A stretch of 64,000 nt of DNA from Euglena gracilis (taxonomy: Eukaryota). Of this stretch, positions 14,001 through 27,083 are shown in pieces (positions within the stretch are counted from its first letter, which is position 1; every line of letters starts with the position of its first letter). The translations under genes were made by a program, and so were the position numbers. Location: contig CP154954.1 in assembly GCA_039621445.1 (NCBI GenBank), positions 3,229,715 to 3,293,714 of the forward strand, written 5' to 3'. A model generated the notes under the pieces. It was not told the DNA's origin. It saw only the letters and a program-made list of their open reading frames with translations, and did not search any database.

Positions 14001-15398
14001 ACATTCCGGAAACATGTTTTTTTTACAAACAAACAGATTTTGGAATCCTGCAATTCTTTCGCCGCCCCAAAAGCAAAAAAAGGTGGCACCACGAGACCCA
14101 ATCCCCAACCCAGGAGGGTTGGCGGGTGGACATAACAATGTGCAGTATTGGCTCCCCTGAATTGCAATTAACGTGCATATTCTTAAAAGAACAAAAAAAG
14201 GTGTCGCTCTTCATAATGGGAAACCAAGCAACACATCCATATCGGACGCCGAGATGGAAATCCAAAGATAAGTCAAACAAGCTCTGCATTGCAAAGCAAC
14301 AATTCGAAGTGGCACCTGTCGGGGAATAGATCGTCGTTTGAGAAGTGGAGGAGGATGTAATTGGAGCACAATGCCAAACACTCCTTCAAGAAGGAAATGC
14401 GATGCTGGTGGGATTGAACCTGAAATAAAATGATGTATTTGTAAACACTGAACAGACTCATGTAAAGAACGTGGAAAAAAAACATTTCTCGAAACTGTGC
14501 TTTTTTGCTCGGAGGGCTGGTGGCTTTTTTGCCGGTTTGGTTTTGGGTTTGTGCAATGACAGACTTCATATCCAGACATTTCCTTTGTCTTGCACAATTT
14601 TGCCTCATTTTTTTGGATTTCAGACTTGCCTTTAACAACTCAGCCAGTGTACGACAGAGGACATTTTGTAAAAAGCATTCTAAATGAGGACGTGTACAAA
14701 GGATCTCCCAAAAGGCAATCCGATGGACCAGCATACCCCCCCCCCCGGGAAACCGTCACCTGACAGGTTGGCCAGTACCGGGGACCCTGACAACTTCCTA
14801 TACTGCCAGGTTGGCCGGTACCGGGGACCCTGACAGTTTCCCGGGCGGGACCCTGACAGGTTCTCGGGCATGACAGTTTCCCGGGGGGGGGGGGGTATGC
14901 CATTTCAAGCTATTTAGTGAGTTACTCACCAAATACACACATTGAAACCACAAAAAAAATGATCTCGTTTTGGTCTTTGAGGCATCTGGAAGCAGCGGCG
15001 ATAACCATTCCAACAAAATCCCCATAACACTTCCCACACGTCACCTGGGGCTCTTCGTCAAGCAGCTCTTTGCACCGCTGCCAACAGCCACACAGGTAAC
15101 TGGAGCTGTCACTTTGCCGCACAACGCTCTCCGCCAGCACCACTTCCATATTCTTCTCCGTCAACAAATGCCCACCTGCATTTTAGAGTGCTCACGTCGC
15201 AGAGCCAATGCATAGCACATCTTTGTGTTTCACAAATCACACCACACTGTGTTTGCACTCTGGTTCAATAAACCTTCTGTTGGTACTGCAACTCCTGAAA
15301 CCTTCAGTTTTCTCGGATAGGGGCTTTGTTATCAACCCCTGTGTTATTCAGAAGAAACAGGAGCGGAAACACAGGACAAATAATATATATATATATAT

Positions 15399-15449
<51 letters not shown>

Positions 15450-17564
15450 CATATATATAGAAATTATGAATGAGGTGCTTTTTGAAGACCAAGGGGAGGG
15501 GGTCCCAGGAGGGGGTTCACAGCACCGTTTTTGGCGGTCAATTTTGGGCTCAAAACATTTTTCAGCACTTCGCGCCAAAAAAAAAGGCGAAAATGAAAAA
15601 CCCCAGGACCCAAAGAATTTGGGGGCAGGGGTGTTTTTTTTAAGGCTACTTTAAAAAAACTTTAAAAATCCCTTAAAAGTTTTGGCCAAAAAGGCCTTAA
15701 AAAACCTTAAAAATACCTTGAAAACCCTTAAAAATCATTTTGGGAAAGCATTCAAATTTCGAAAAATAAAAAACATGATATATACATTCTACCACTGGAA
15801 TTGGAAATTGTTCCAGGATAGAGGTGATTTGGGTGACAGGTTGGTAACACCGTTGGGGTGCAGGGGCCCGCGCATAGTGCTGTCCAGGTCCTCCAGCACA
15901 ATGACGTTCCCAGAGGGCTTTGCCTGGAAGCAAAGGGGGAGACACACCAATCACAAGGCGGGGGAGAATGCAGTAATATGTTTTCCAAACTATGCGGTGG
16001 TTATATTCCATTTATTAATGCGGAATTATGCGAAAAAATGCTGACTTGATGCCTATGAAATTGGCCATAAATACTTGACTAAAATGCCCAAAGCAGCCCA
16101 CTGGTCTTGAATATGTCAGAAATAGCCCGATTGATCCAACGCGAATGAACTTAGTCCAAATTTGACAAAATAACCCCAAAAAGGCTGCATTTCCTAGTAG
16201 TATGGGGGTCTCAGATGCAATATAGGAGCAGCCCTGACGATACAAGGCATCAAAGAAATGGCACACAAAAAGCGATAAAAAAGTGCTGAAACTCTGAAAA
16301 ACAGTTGCCAAACTAGCCAAATTATCAAAATTGTCCAAAATTATGTATATGGCCAAAACTATACAAAAACGGGTGGCATCGTTTAAGATTGCACCAAACA
16401 GCCAAAAGTGGACTAAAGTGTCAAGGGGCTGAAACTAGCCAAAAAAAAAAAAGAAACAGCCAAGAATCCCATCTATTACCAATTAGTTGCTCACCTGCCA
16501 AACCACTTTTGGGCCATTTTTGGCCACTATTGGCCATTTTAATGCCACTTTTGGCCATTTTCAGCCAACTTTTCAAAGAGTTTTGGCCAGTTGGCGCAAT
16601 CCTGAAAAATCTCAAGTTGCTTTTTGAAATTACACCAATTTTAGCCATTTTGTGAAATTTGCAACTTTGTGGGGGTTATCAACCTTCCTTTTCGTGCCAT
16701 TTTTGGCATTATCAGCCATTTTTTTGCGGCTGCTGTCATTTTGGCATTTTTGTAACTTTTTTCTGTTAAAAAAATTAAAACAAAATTATTGTTTCTGCTT
16801 ACAGTTCATTCCAGTACTGAAGCCAACAAAAAAATATCGCATATGACAGGGGCATAATTTGAACTCTGACCTTTCTTTCTTTCATTATCAAAAACAACAC
16901 ACACATACACCAATCATACTTTCTTTGGATTTCTGCTGAAAATTGGCAGGGACCCACCCACCCACCCCCCTCCCCCCCGGGGGGGGGGGGTCAGGTGACT
17001 TAAAAAGAAGCCTGCCAGGGATCTTGCTTTGGAGGGAATGGTGATCTCCCTGGCTTTTTGAGAACACATGCCTCCCTTCCAGGATCATGAAATGTTGGTG
17101 AAAACACCCCAGCCCTGCCAAATGATAAACGTCTGCTGGAGGACGCCCAAAGTATCACCCCCTCCCACACCACAGCGAACCAAAGAACACCAAGAAGAGA
17201 TCACCAAAACAGGTGATATATTATATGTTATACAGGGTCATGCGAGATTGTGGGAGATAACGCAGTCAGAATCTTGCCCTCTGTGTAACCCTCAATCATA
17301 ATTGTTTAAAAAAAAGAAAAGATCCAGAAATATTTCTCAGACACCTGTGTCAAATGCCTTTCTAAATGTTTTTCTTGTTGCATTCCCCCTCCCTAAATAA
17401 AAAAATTGCACAGGATTATTTGGATCGCTGTTTTCTTCCCCCCTGCCTCTTGCAGCAGTTCCTTGTTGGACAAGTCATACCTGCCGTGAGAGGCAAGCTT
17501 CGAATACCGCTTGAATGGTGTCGTGGACCCAGCCATCGTGGGGGAGGAGGACCTCGCACTCCAT
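11045..17564 (-). CDS. UFD2: Ubiquitin conjugation factor E4 (Ufd2/UBE4-like), N-terminal 7 exons only (partial)
   Basis: Exons 17481-17564, 15851-15923, 15045-15175, 14316-14419, 12180-12282, 11190-11270 and 11045-11086 are phase-compatible, with GT-AG introns except one GC-AG (11087-11189). Translation: MECEVLLPHDGWVHDTIQAVFEACLSRQAKPSGNVIVLEDLDSTMRGPLHPNGGHLLTEKNMEVVLAESVVRQSDSSSYLCGCWQRCKELLDEEPQVQSHQHRISFLKECLALCSNYILLHFSNDDLFPDSRRGGAKLVDCLRTSARPAHLLDDLLGRVPGEQAQVFLPSVAALIQEVRGTSIADDWKGLLQVLNLLASPEQICKA. The motif order (W..IF..L; YL..C..R; Y....NxDxF; P..L..L; F.P....L....S...W...L..L..L) matches my recollection of the Ufd2 N-terminal helical region. No database search was run, and the Ufd2 core and U-box are not in the window. 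Confidence 0.7.
12436..12692 (+). repeat. Degenerate (AAT)n tract
   Basis: Direct reading. Confidence 0.9.
12707..13203 (+). repeat. Two tandem ~245-bp units
   Basis: gggcgggtc(t)accttgacc...tttttcatta occurs at 12707-12950 and 12951-13203. Confidence 0.9.
14736..14895. mobile_element. Poly-C/poly-G-ended MITE family B, TA TSD
   Basis: TA|CCCCCCCGGGAAACCGTCA...TGACAGTTTCCCGGGGGG|TA; near-identical copy at 57267-57424 and degenerate copies near 53440-53495 and 63482-63602. Confidence 0.88.
15382..15459 (+). repeat. (TA)n microsatellite
   Basis: Direct reading. Confidence 0.95.
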
Positions 17565-19034
17565 CCGGGGCAGGGGTCTTGTGGATGAGGGGTGAAAACA
17601 GCGGATGAAACTGAGATGGGCGGAAAATCTCATATCCTCAAAGTGAGTTGTTCTGGATCAAAAATTGACAATTGTTATCAAAATAACTCGAGTTTGTTGT
17701 CCTGTGCACCGTTTTGGCCACCCACACGCCTGGCCCTTCCAACGTCCTGGTATTTTGCAACGAACTTTCCTTCGCACAGGGGGGCCATCCCATCCAGGAA
17801 GACCCACTCCCATCATTTAGTATCCTAGCCCTGTCTGTTTCAAATTTGTTTCACCTGTCTGTATAAAAAATATTGACCCCTCCTGCAAAAAAAAGATTGA
17901 TTCCATACCCCACACCACTTTGCATTTTGTTTTATCTTCAGAAGTCAGGAGAAATACACAGGACAATCAAACTGGAGAAAAAATTGCCTCTTCTTTTTCG
18001 CAAAAAAAAAATGGTTTTGAAACAAAATGAACACTAGGGAAGATTATGTTTTGGGGCTCTGCTTACACAGAAATAATTCAATCAATACCAAGAAATATTT
18101 TTGCAGAATTTTTTGGCTGGCTGGAGAAAATAAAAAAAACCGAAAAACTGAAAAAAAGCTTTAAAAATTGGACCCACCTTCACAAAAATGTCCAATCAGG
18201 GGGAGAAACAGCGTTTGGGTTAGTGTTTGGGTTAGGGTTAAAATCCAGAATGGGGTTTAAGGGTTGGGATTAGGGTTTTCGTTCAGGGGATGGCTTTGAA
18301 AATGAAAAATGGTGGCCAACCACGCAAATTCACCGGAGACCCAACACTGAAGCCCATAAAAAGCCTTATTCAATGGCATTTTTGATTCCCCCGCCAGACC
18401 ACGAGACAGCAGCTGTTTGATGTATGCGGTTGCCGGTTGCCAGGTCAACCCTGCCAGGCGGCGGGCCACCGGCTGGGTAGCTGGGCAGCTGGCAGCCACA
18501 TGCTTCAAACAGCTGCTGTTTTGTGGGACCATCAGACACGTGAAGAGCTCAGCACTACACGACACCTGGTGCAATGTATGCATCTATCTTCAGCGCAGTC
18601 GTGCAGTTGCGGGGAAACCAAAATACCGTTAGATGGTGCGTTCCAAGGGCTTTGTTTTATGACACCGGACATTTCCTTTGATTTTGCTTCATCTCCAAGA
18701 TATTTTGAAGGCATCAATTTTTTTTACCACTTACAAGCTCGGGCTACACAAGGAGTTGGGAAAAAGTATGGTTGGATATTTAGATAAAGGCGCATTCCAA
18801 GGGCTTCAATTTTGGTCAGACAGTTTTCTTTTGCTCCATAGCACTGAGCTCCGCTGAGGGCTGGAACCAAATTCTACATGATTTGTACAACTCTCCAACT
18901 GATGTGGAAAGGAAAAAAACCAATTTCACATTACTAAGACAAAAATGCACCTGTAATGCGCAGTCAAAACTTAACACCAAAAAACTGCAAAATTCCTGTT
19001 CAATTTAATTTAACACCAAAAACAGCAAGACCCA

Positions 19035-19209
19035 GTATGTATGTATGTATGTATGTATGTATGTATGTATGTATGTATGTATGTATGTATGTATGTATGT
19101 ATGTATGTATGTATGTATGTATGTATGTATGTATGTATGTATGTATGTATGTATGTATGTATGTATGTATGTATGTATGTATGTATGTATGTATGTATGT
19201 CTATGTATG
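19035..19209 (+). repeat. (TATG)n microsatellite
   Basis: Direct reading; nearly perfect. Confidence 0.98.
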
Positions 19210-19220
19210 TGTCCTGGAAG

Positions 19221-19452
19221 TTAAAACCCAGGTTTTTGAACCTTTTTAAATGGTGCACAAGCCGAAAATTGGGCCTGTTCCCTGGGTCCCAACATCGGCA
19301 AATGATGCAAATGCCACCGTGGAGGGTTCCAAAGGAAACCAGAGCAGAGGGTCAAAAAGTTGGGTTTCACCGCCAGGTTGCAAAAATATTGCAACATTGC
19401 GCTTAGGCGCAATGCAAAAATCAAAACCTTAAGTGTGAGTTAGGCCGCTGAG
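19221..19452 (+). mobile_element. Diverged partial copy of the right end of the 47874-50598 element
   Basis: Colinear with ~50362-50598, ending ccttaagtgtgagttaggccgctgag. Confidence 0.8.
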
Positions 19453-19971
19453 ATCATTTCAATACCCCCCCAAAGAACTCTTGAAAACCCCGGGTGACAC
19501 CAGAGAAAGGACATCCGGTCCCCTTTTTCTTCTCCTGTCCCTCTGACGCCTTGGAAATGCACCCCCCAAAAGGATGGCAGGAATTAGGCCTATCAATCCT
19601 AACCTTAACCACTTCTTCACTAACGTTGAATATGTCCACGTCGATAACCTCCACTATCTAGGGTAGGGTATCTAGGGCATCTAGGATAGGGTATCCAAAG
19701 GTACACTTGCCATATTAAAGCACATTTACATATATCTGTATATGTTAGACAGGAAACCCATTGAAGAAATTTAACCACAGATGTAGGCCTTCATAAAATA
19801 TTAGCACTGAACTGAGTTTTTCCCCCTAGAAGGGTTTCTCCGGACAGTGTTGGAGAAAGCCATGCGGCTGACCTGCTTGGATCACGTGGGCAGCGGAAGT
19901 TATTTCAATAACAGATCCCAGTTTTAATTCTTCTGGCAGATCATGTGGTTTTTGTAATTGAAAATAGAGTT

Positions 19972-22900
19972 CTAGAGTGTCAATAAACAGCCCACATCAA
20001 TTGGATTTCGGTTCGAGGGGGTGCTTGGCACTTTGACGAAGACCTGGGACCACAGATCGCTGGAAAAGGGTGCCATCATGCATGCAATGACACAACATGA
20101 CAAACAATGAGCAACCACTGTGCGAGCAATACACAACGCTTTGCTAAACAGCGCGGCGTGCAGAAACGTTCCACAGGCCACCACTGGAGGTGCAGGTGAT
20201 GCAAGAAAACAATCCATCAAAAAAAAACAGGAAAATATTTTCGTAAAAAAATAAAATAAAGCAAAGCAAATTCAATTTAATAATCAGCAGGCTAAATAGC
20301 GAAACCACGTTTTTAATCGTCCTGGGTTCTTGTGATCGCCAAAAAGGCAAAAAGGAAGTTTAAAAACATCCAAAAACTTAAAAAAAAAGCATAAAATTGA
20401 ATTTTGGCATGTTTCAATTTCAATCATCGGGTGCTTGCTACACCCTGGAGAAAGCCAGCAACCCCAAACCGCAGCACCCGCGCCACGACACCAAATACCT
20501 GTCAGGAGGCCAGCGGCCCCCACCAGGTGGGTCCAGCGGTGGTACCGGATTGCTGGCCGGTGCATGACACCCAGCACAGCACGTCGAACAGGGATCGTCC
20601 GGCGAGACGACCTGGCCTTGGGGCAAGGCGGGGGTCAGGGCGGTCGGCAGCAAGGGCTCAGCCCTCCGTTGGAGGCGCTTGAGTGGCCCATGAGGAAAAG
20701 GGGGGGGGGGGGGGCTGTGAGAAAAATGCAATGCAAATATGCACAAAAGTGCAAAAGTGCCCCAAAAAAAATGCCAGCCAGCTTCAAAAAATGATGCGGT
20801 GCAGAAACAGCACTGTGCGCAGCCCTGTGTGTTGGTGTGGTGCAGCAGCTCCATTTTGTCGCTTTGGGTGGGGGGAGACAGGCAACAGCATTTGGGGATT
20901 GGGGGCGTTCCGTTGCCCCGCACATCCCCCCTCCCTGTACCACTTCCCACCGCCAATGGGAACGGAGGCAACTCACGCGGTGGGGGCCGGGGTCCGGGCC
21001 GGGCCGGGGGCCGCCAGCTGGGGCCCCCCAGGCCGAGCCGCCAGCCTCGGTGCGGCGCCAGGCCGCTGCGGGCGGCGTGTCATTGTCAAAAAACTGGCTA
21101 AAATGAAAAAACAAATACAAAATGAAAAAATACAAAGATAAAAAATTAATAAATAATATAAAAAAATATTATAATAATTAATTTTTAATATTTAAAACAA
21201 ATTTTTAATAATAATTTTTTGTGTTATCCTCGCCGGTTGTGTGTTTGTGTGATATTTCCCAGAAACACCGGAAATGCTGGGCTATACTTGCTTCTTCGCT
21301 GGGCCGTTGGTAGGATAATCCCGCCAATGTTTGGTGGGCCGTTTGTACAACTGCACAAACGGCATGCATCTTTGAATTCACCAAGCACCGAGAACCCGAG
21401 TGCACTTCATTAGGGTGTCATAGGTGTCCCAGGGACGTTGACAAGTTGGGGTCGTGGAGAGCTGGTCCCCCAGAGCATTTGAGGCCAGCCTGTGGGCGTT
21501 ATTGCCAGGCTCTGCGCTGCGGCCGATCCCTGGTCAATTGGACGATGAACTACTGGGCTACTGAACAAGCAAATACAATACAAACATGAAACATAATACA
21601 TAATATTTATAATATAATCAATTATTAATAATTAATTATAATAACTGCTAATAATTAATTATAATATTAATTAATAATCAATAATTGTTTATTAATATAT
21701 AATAAACACAGATAAATTAATAAAATAAAATTAATAGAAAAATAAAAAAAACAGAAAAAATAATATCCATATCAGAAACACCTACTTTGGAAATGCTGGG
21801 CTTAAAAAAAAAAGAAAATACTTGACTTCTTCGCTGGGCCGTTGGTAGGATAATCCCGCCAATGTTGTGTTCGCTTGGGCCGTTTGTACAACTGCACAAA
21901 CGGCATGTTTTCTGGCATTTCTTTGAATTCACCAAGCAGGCACCGAAACCTAGTGTCACTTCATTAGGGTGTCATAGGTGTCCCAGGGACGTTGACAAGT
22001 TGGGTGCAGCAGAGCAGAAGTCCCCCAGAGCATTTGAGGCACATGCTGGGGCCTAAGGTCTGCCTCATCAACAAGTCGTCCTGAGACGGAGCCCTACACC
22101 ATGCAACCAAAATGAAGAATGTGGGGTTTTTTCAAAAAAAAATCATCATCTATTTCAGCAAATTAAGGTATTTTTCGTAATAAAAATTGCTAAGATATTA
22201 ATGCCGTCCCACTCAGAAGTCATTGCTCAGCCTCCTGCTTGACAGGGAATCCATTCATGAAAAAAACATTCCAGAGGTACCTTCTCTCTGTTTGTTTACG
22301 ACCACTGACCTGCAACCGAGGGACAACAGGCACACAATGAAGAGAAAATTTTGATAACCTGACCGGTCAATGACCAGGGGGTCGCCCCAATGCATCCTGC
22401 GTTCTGCGGGGGTTACCATTGGACATGGGGTGGTCGTATGACAGTGGGTACAATGGGGAACGTGTCATGCAGAAAATACATTCAACAAAGCATACACTTT
22501 CGGAATGAACCAGAATTACAAGAAATGTTTGATGACTGTTGATGAAAACAGAAAATGCTCTTTTGGAAATGGGGGTAACCATTTTTTCAAAACGTTTTTG
22601 GATCCTTGAGAGGCAAATACTTTTTTTATAAAAAAAAAGCCCTTCCAAAGCCATGAATTTGACTTTCACAAAAGTTCCAGGGCTTCAAATAAATCGTTCA
22701 GCAACCCTGCAACGTGGGCTTCCACGGCGAAATCACCTGCTGGCCCTGGTCTGGTGGTCATGCCATTTCTTTCCCAGTGGTTGGGGATTTCTTTTGAAGA
22801 AATGGACGAGAACCAGCGGAAGGCCTGGGAATGGACCACGTGAGTGATGAATGCGGAGAGACTTTTGGGTGAAAACGCAGTCACCTTTCTTAAAAACTTG

Positions 22901-24771
22901 TCTGTGAGAGGGAGGCCTTTGAGAATGCGCCTGTGGCCAAACTTTGGCGCTCGAAATGGCGCCAGAATGACAAGAAAAAAAATTTGGGGCTCCCACACGT
23001 CGCTGCGCCAACCCAAAGAGGGTGACAATGGTGGCGGAGTGGGGAAATACATACCCTCACAGATAATCCAGATCACCCCTTTTTTTTTTTAAAAAAAAAA
23101 TTGGCGTGCCGAACCAGGCAGCCTGCCTTTGCCAGGCAGGCCCAAACTTCATTTCAGATGCCTTGCGATCTAGCTGGACGGAGCTAGCCTGGACCCCCCC
23201 TCCCGAGGTGGGGGTTCAGGGAGAGGGTCCAGCCGGCTGGCAGCTGGACCTGGAAGGGGCAAAAAAGGACAATGCCAGCCAGATTTTTCAGCAAAAAAAA
23301 TATCAGGTGGAAAACCAAAAACCACTCAAAAATGCTATTTTGACCCCCTTTTTTAAAAAAAATTGGCGCTTTGCACCAGCCTGGCTTTGCCAGGCAGGCC
23401 CAAACTTCATTTCAGCGGACTCCGGGGGTGGGGGGGGTGGGGCTGGAAAAAAAGGTGCTGGCTGGCTAGACCGGGGTCGCCTCCAGCTCAAGAAAAACCC
23501 TGGCACCAAGCAATCCCTATCCAACAGCGAGGCATGTCAGGGGAGGAGCGGCGCAAGCCAGAGGGAAGGAGGCAGTGACAGTGGGGTCGTCAAAAGGCAC
23601 AGCTGCCCCCCAACTCTGGAAACAGGTACAGTCTACGAGTGTACGACGCACAAACACAAAAAACCTGGTGGTGGGAAGGAATATATTGTGCCGATATATC
23701 CATATATGTGTGTACATATACGTGTAAATGTACACATATATGTCGATATATATGTGTGTGTATGTACATATGAGAGTGTGTTTGCATGTATATACAGACA
23801 TATATGAAAAAATATATATTTGTATTTATGTGTACATATGTCGATATATATACATATATATACTTATATATATATATATATATATATATTACGTGTGTCC
23901 ATGCACATAAATATGCCGATATATATGTACACATATTTGTATATGTCGACAGAGGGTGGAGGGACAACCATACAGTACACAGCAGTTTTCCGCTGAGACG
24001 GCACTGTCGTCAATACGACGCGGAGGAGGTCACTGGAAGCCTGCACCTGTCCAGCAGCTGGCCTTGGGTGGATGTAGCCACGCCAGCCGGCCAGAAAAGA
24101 ACGGCTGGGGAGACCAGAGACGGGCGAAGGGCCTGATGGGGTTGGGCAAGACAAGCGTGGCTGGTGCAGGTCCAGGCAGCCGAGGACATGGACTCACTAA
24201 GTGACCCAATGAGCGACCAGGCAGCTTTTACATAAGACAAAACCCACACATCCACTTTTTTTGTGAAAACCCCACCCATCCAGGTTTTCACAAGCAAAGA
24301 GACCTGTGTTCACTTGAAAAAAAAATAGTCAACAATATTTGATGGGGAGGGCACGTTGTGTTGTATTTTTACATCTGTAAAAATACAACAATAAAAATAC
24401 AACAATGTTACATTTTGCCTACCTACACATTCCTTGCAACTGGACTGTTGTTTGGAATTACCCACCCCACTCTGACCGTTCAGTACCCGGGAGCAAGCAC
24501 AGAGCACCGCAGAACCCTCCCAAAGGTCGAAATTACTGGTAAATCGCTCACTATACCTGAACACAATTCTGCAAGTGGAAGGGGGGGACGACCATGTTTT
24601 CATTTCTCCTTCCAGCAGCCTCCCCGGGGGCTTAACACACTGCCAGTTGGGAAGCCTCGACCTTGCCAGCGGGTGGAGAGGGAGCGGGGCTGGCTCTGCC
24701 TGTGGGAGGGCGGCAGCGCAGGGTGTTGGCCGACCCCACAGCACCGGAGCAAAGCGACAGCGCGGAGCCAT
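19972..24771 (-). CDS. Hypothetical small protein with basic, acid-poor N-terminus and a hydrophobic segment near the C-terminus
   Basis: Candidate exons 24662-24771 (ATG), 24047-24132, 20977-21065, 20499-20616, and 20183 down to the stop at 19972 (possibly with one more short intron). All junctions are GT-AG and phase-compatible: MAPRCRFAPVLWGRPTPCAAALPQAEPAPLPLHPLARPFARLWSPQPFFSGRLAWLHPPKASCWTAAWRRTEAGGSAWGAPAGGPRPGPDPGPHRARSSRRTIPVRRAVLGVMHRPAIRYHRWTHLVGAAGLLTVVACGTFLHAALFSK... No recognised homology. Confidence 0.42.
21270..22040 (+). repeat. Dispersed direct repeat of ~220-250 bp (21270-21487 and 21789-22040)
   Basis: Shared cttcttcgctgggccgttggtaggataatcccgccaatgtt...cccccagagcatttgaggc. 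Confidence 0.9.
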
Positions 24772-25989
24772 CGGTGAGCTCGTCAGACGGGCGACTGGGG
24801 ACCGAAACCCCCAAACTACCGCACATGCAGAAAAATACACAAAGAATGAAGCACTTGCAATTTGTGTGCAATGCGAAGGACCGAAGGAAATCTTGTGAGT
24901 CCTTTGAATCAGACAGATGATGGTTTTTAGCCCATTGGGTGACACATGCACACATAATCACAACACAGAGTTAGCATATTCCGAAACGTGCTGTAATTAA
25001 ATGAAGATAGCCCTCCAAAAGAGTGCCAGCATTCAATGCTGCGGGGGCTGTACCCACAGCAACAGCTTGGGTCTAAGGTATGGTACAGACGGGGGTGGGC
25101 TGGCATAAATGGCTGAGGAGTGGCCCAAATTGCCCAACCCCTCCATCTTGGGCCAGACGCTGATCCCACCCTGCAGGACGCCACCGTCCGCTCGTTTTGG
25201 CGGTCTGGAAGCGGGGTAAATGGTAATGGGGATAATGTCTGTGAGTGCCTGTTCTTTGTATTTAATCGTGCAAATGAAAAAAAAAGAGTGGTGAACTGTG
25301 TGGCATCAAAACTGTTATTTTGTGCGCATGGCCAGACATTTTTGCTGGAGGCGCTGCCGTAATTGATTTAAATTTAAATTTACTAGAAAAAATACCTCAA
25401 CGTCTAACAATTTCCTGGTTTCTTGTTCACTGCGACTTTGCTTACCCCCAATGTGAAAAGAAAATGTGAATAATAAATATTTTAAAACGCTCCAAGCAAT
25501 AAAATAACTTGGAAAATCAACTGGAATAACAGCGGGGAAAACTAGATTCAACATTGAAGATAATAAAAGGGTTTTTTTTGCACCTTCAATTGCCCTTTTA
25601 CAGAAAGAGCTCTTCCAACAATTTTTCCGAAAAATGGGTTTTGGGGCCACCTATGCCGGCTCCACCACCACCCACACCCTGATGAGGCCTTTCCTTGGAA
25701 ATGGCGGAGGGGTTGGGCTGGGCAGTCTCAAGGGTCAGGCCACTGTTCCCCAGCCAGCCTTGGGAGAGGGGGGGAGGGCAGCCACACTGTTGTCACCCGC
25801 ATGTTGCTGGCTCGAGCAATAGGGTATACTGGCTTTTGTTTCAGGGCCATTTCTTCCAGTGTCCAGCAAAACGCCCAGCCAGTGGACCCCCCCCCCCCGG
25901 GAGTCCACTGGCCCGGTCCAAAGATGTTTGGACCAAAAATTGACCGCCTGTTCATAGATTTTTGCAGATTTGGCAGTTTCTCCATTTTA

Positions 25990-27083
25990 GATAAGATATA
26001 TATATATATATATAGAGATATGATAGATATAGAGAGATAGAGATAGAAGATATAGAGAGAGATAGTATGATCATATATATATATAAAATAAAAGATATAG
26101 AAGATACATATCTAGAAAATATACATAGACATATATAGATAAATAAAATATTATATATATGATATGTATATGGATATATATATAAATCATTATATGTATA
26201 TATATATATATGTAGTATACAATAATTTACATTATATATATATACATTATACATATATATATAATATATATATAGTCTAATATATATTATATCATATAAA
26301 CTCACTAACTCAATGCCCCCCCCCGGGAGGGGGTCACAGTAGTTGTACCTACCGGGGACTTCGGCCGTCCAGGTGAAACTACTGGGACCCCCCTTGGGTT
26401 TTCCCTGGGGAAACCGACCCACCGCCGGGAACTTTTTCCGCCGGCGGGGGTATTTTCGGGTTATTTTTGGGAATAGGGTTAAGGTTCGGATTCGGGTTAG
26501 GGTTGGGGTTAGGGTTAGGGTCGGGGTTCGGGGGAAATTAGCCAGTGGGGCCATAATTTCGGCCGAACTTAGGCCGAATTTCCGAGACAGTTTTATACCT
26601 GAATTTCAACCCGATTTCGGCCTGACTGTTTTCCCAAATCGTAATCCTAACCCTACCCCTTATTTTAACCCCAACCCCGATCCCGTAACCAACGGAAATA
26701 CGGCGCGTCGGGGCGCGAAAACCAAAATTTGGAGTTGGTGAAAGAAGGGGGACCCCCGCCCCCAGGTTAAACTACTGGGACCCCCCCGGGGGGGGGGCAG
26801 TGAGTTAGTCTTGCCATATATATATAATATGTATATGTATATATACATATACATATATACATATATACATATATACATACATATATGTACATATATATAC
26901 ATACAGATATGATATAATAATGTATATAATATATACATATATATATACTATATATACATATATCTATATATATTATACATATTACATATTATATTATATA
27001 TATATTTATAAATTTTATATTTATATTTATAAATTTTATAAATTATAAATTTTATATTTATATATATATATATATATATATAT
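25990..27083 (+). repeat. Long degenerate TA-rich simple-sequence tract interrupted by the 26304-26809 element
   Basis: Direct reading. Confidence 0.9.
26304..26809. mobile_element. TIR element carrying telomere-like hexamers, embedded in TA-rich simple sequence
   Basis: ~40-bp imperfect TIR ACTAACTCA(A/C)TGCCCCCCCCCGGG..GGGTC(A/C)CAGTAGTT; internal GGGTTA-like array at 26475-26533 and CCCTAA-like array at 26640-26690. Confidence 0.75.

Noticed and set aside
26475-26533. True telomere or chromosome-fusion site
   Set aside because: Only a few degenerate hexamers, enclosed within a TIR element.
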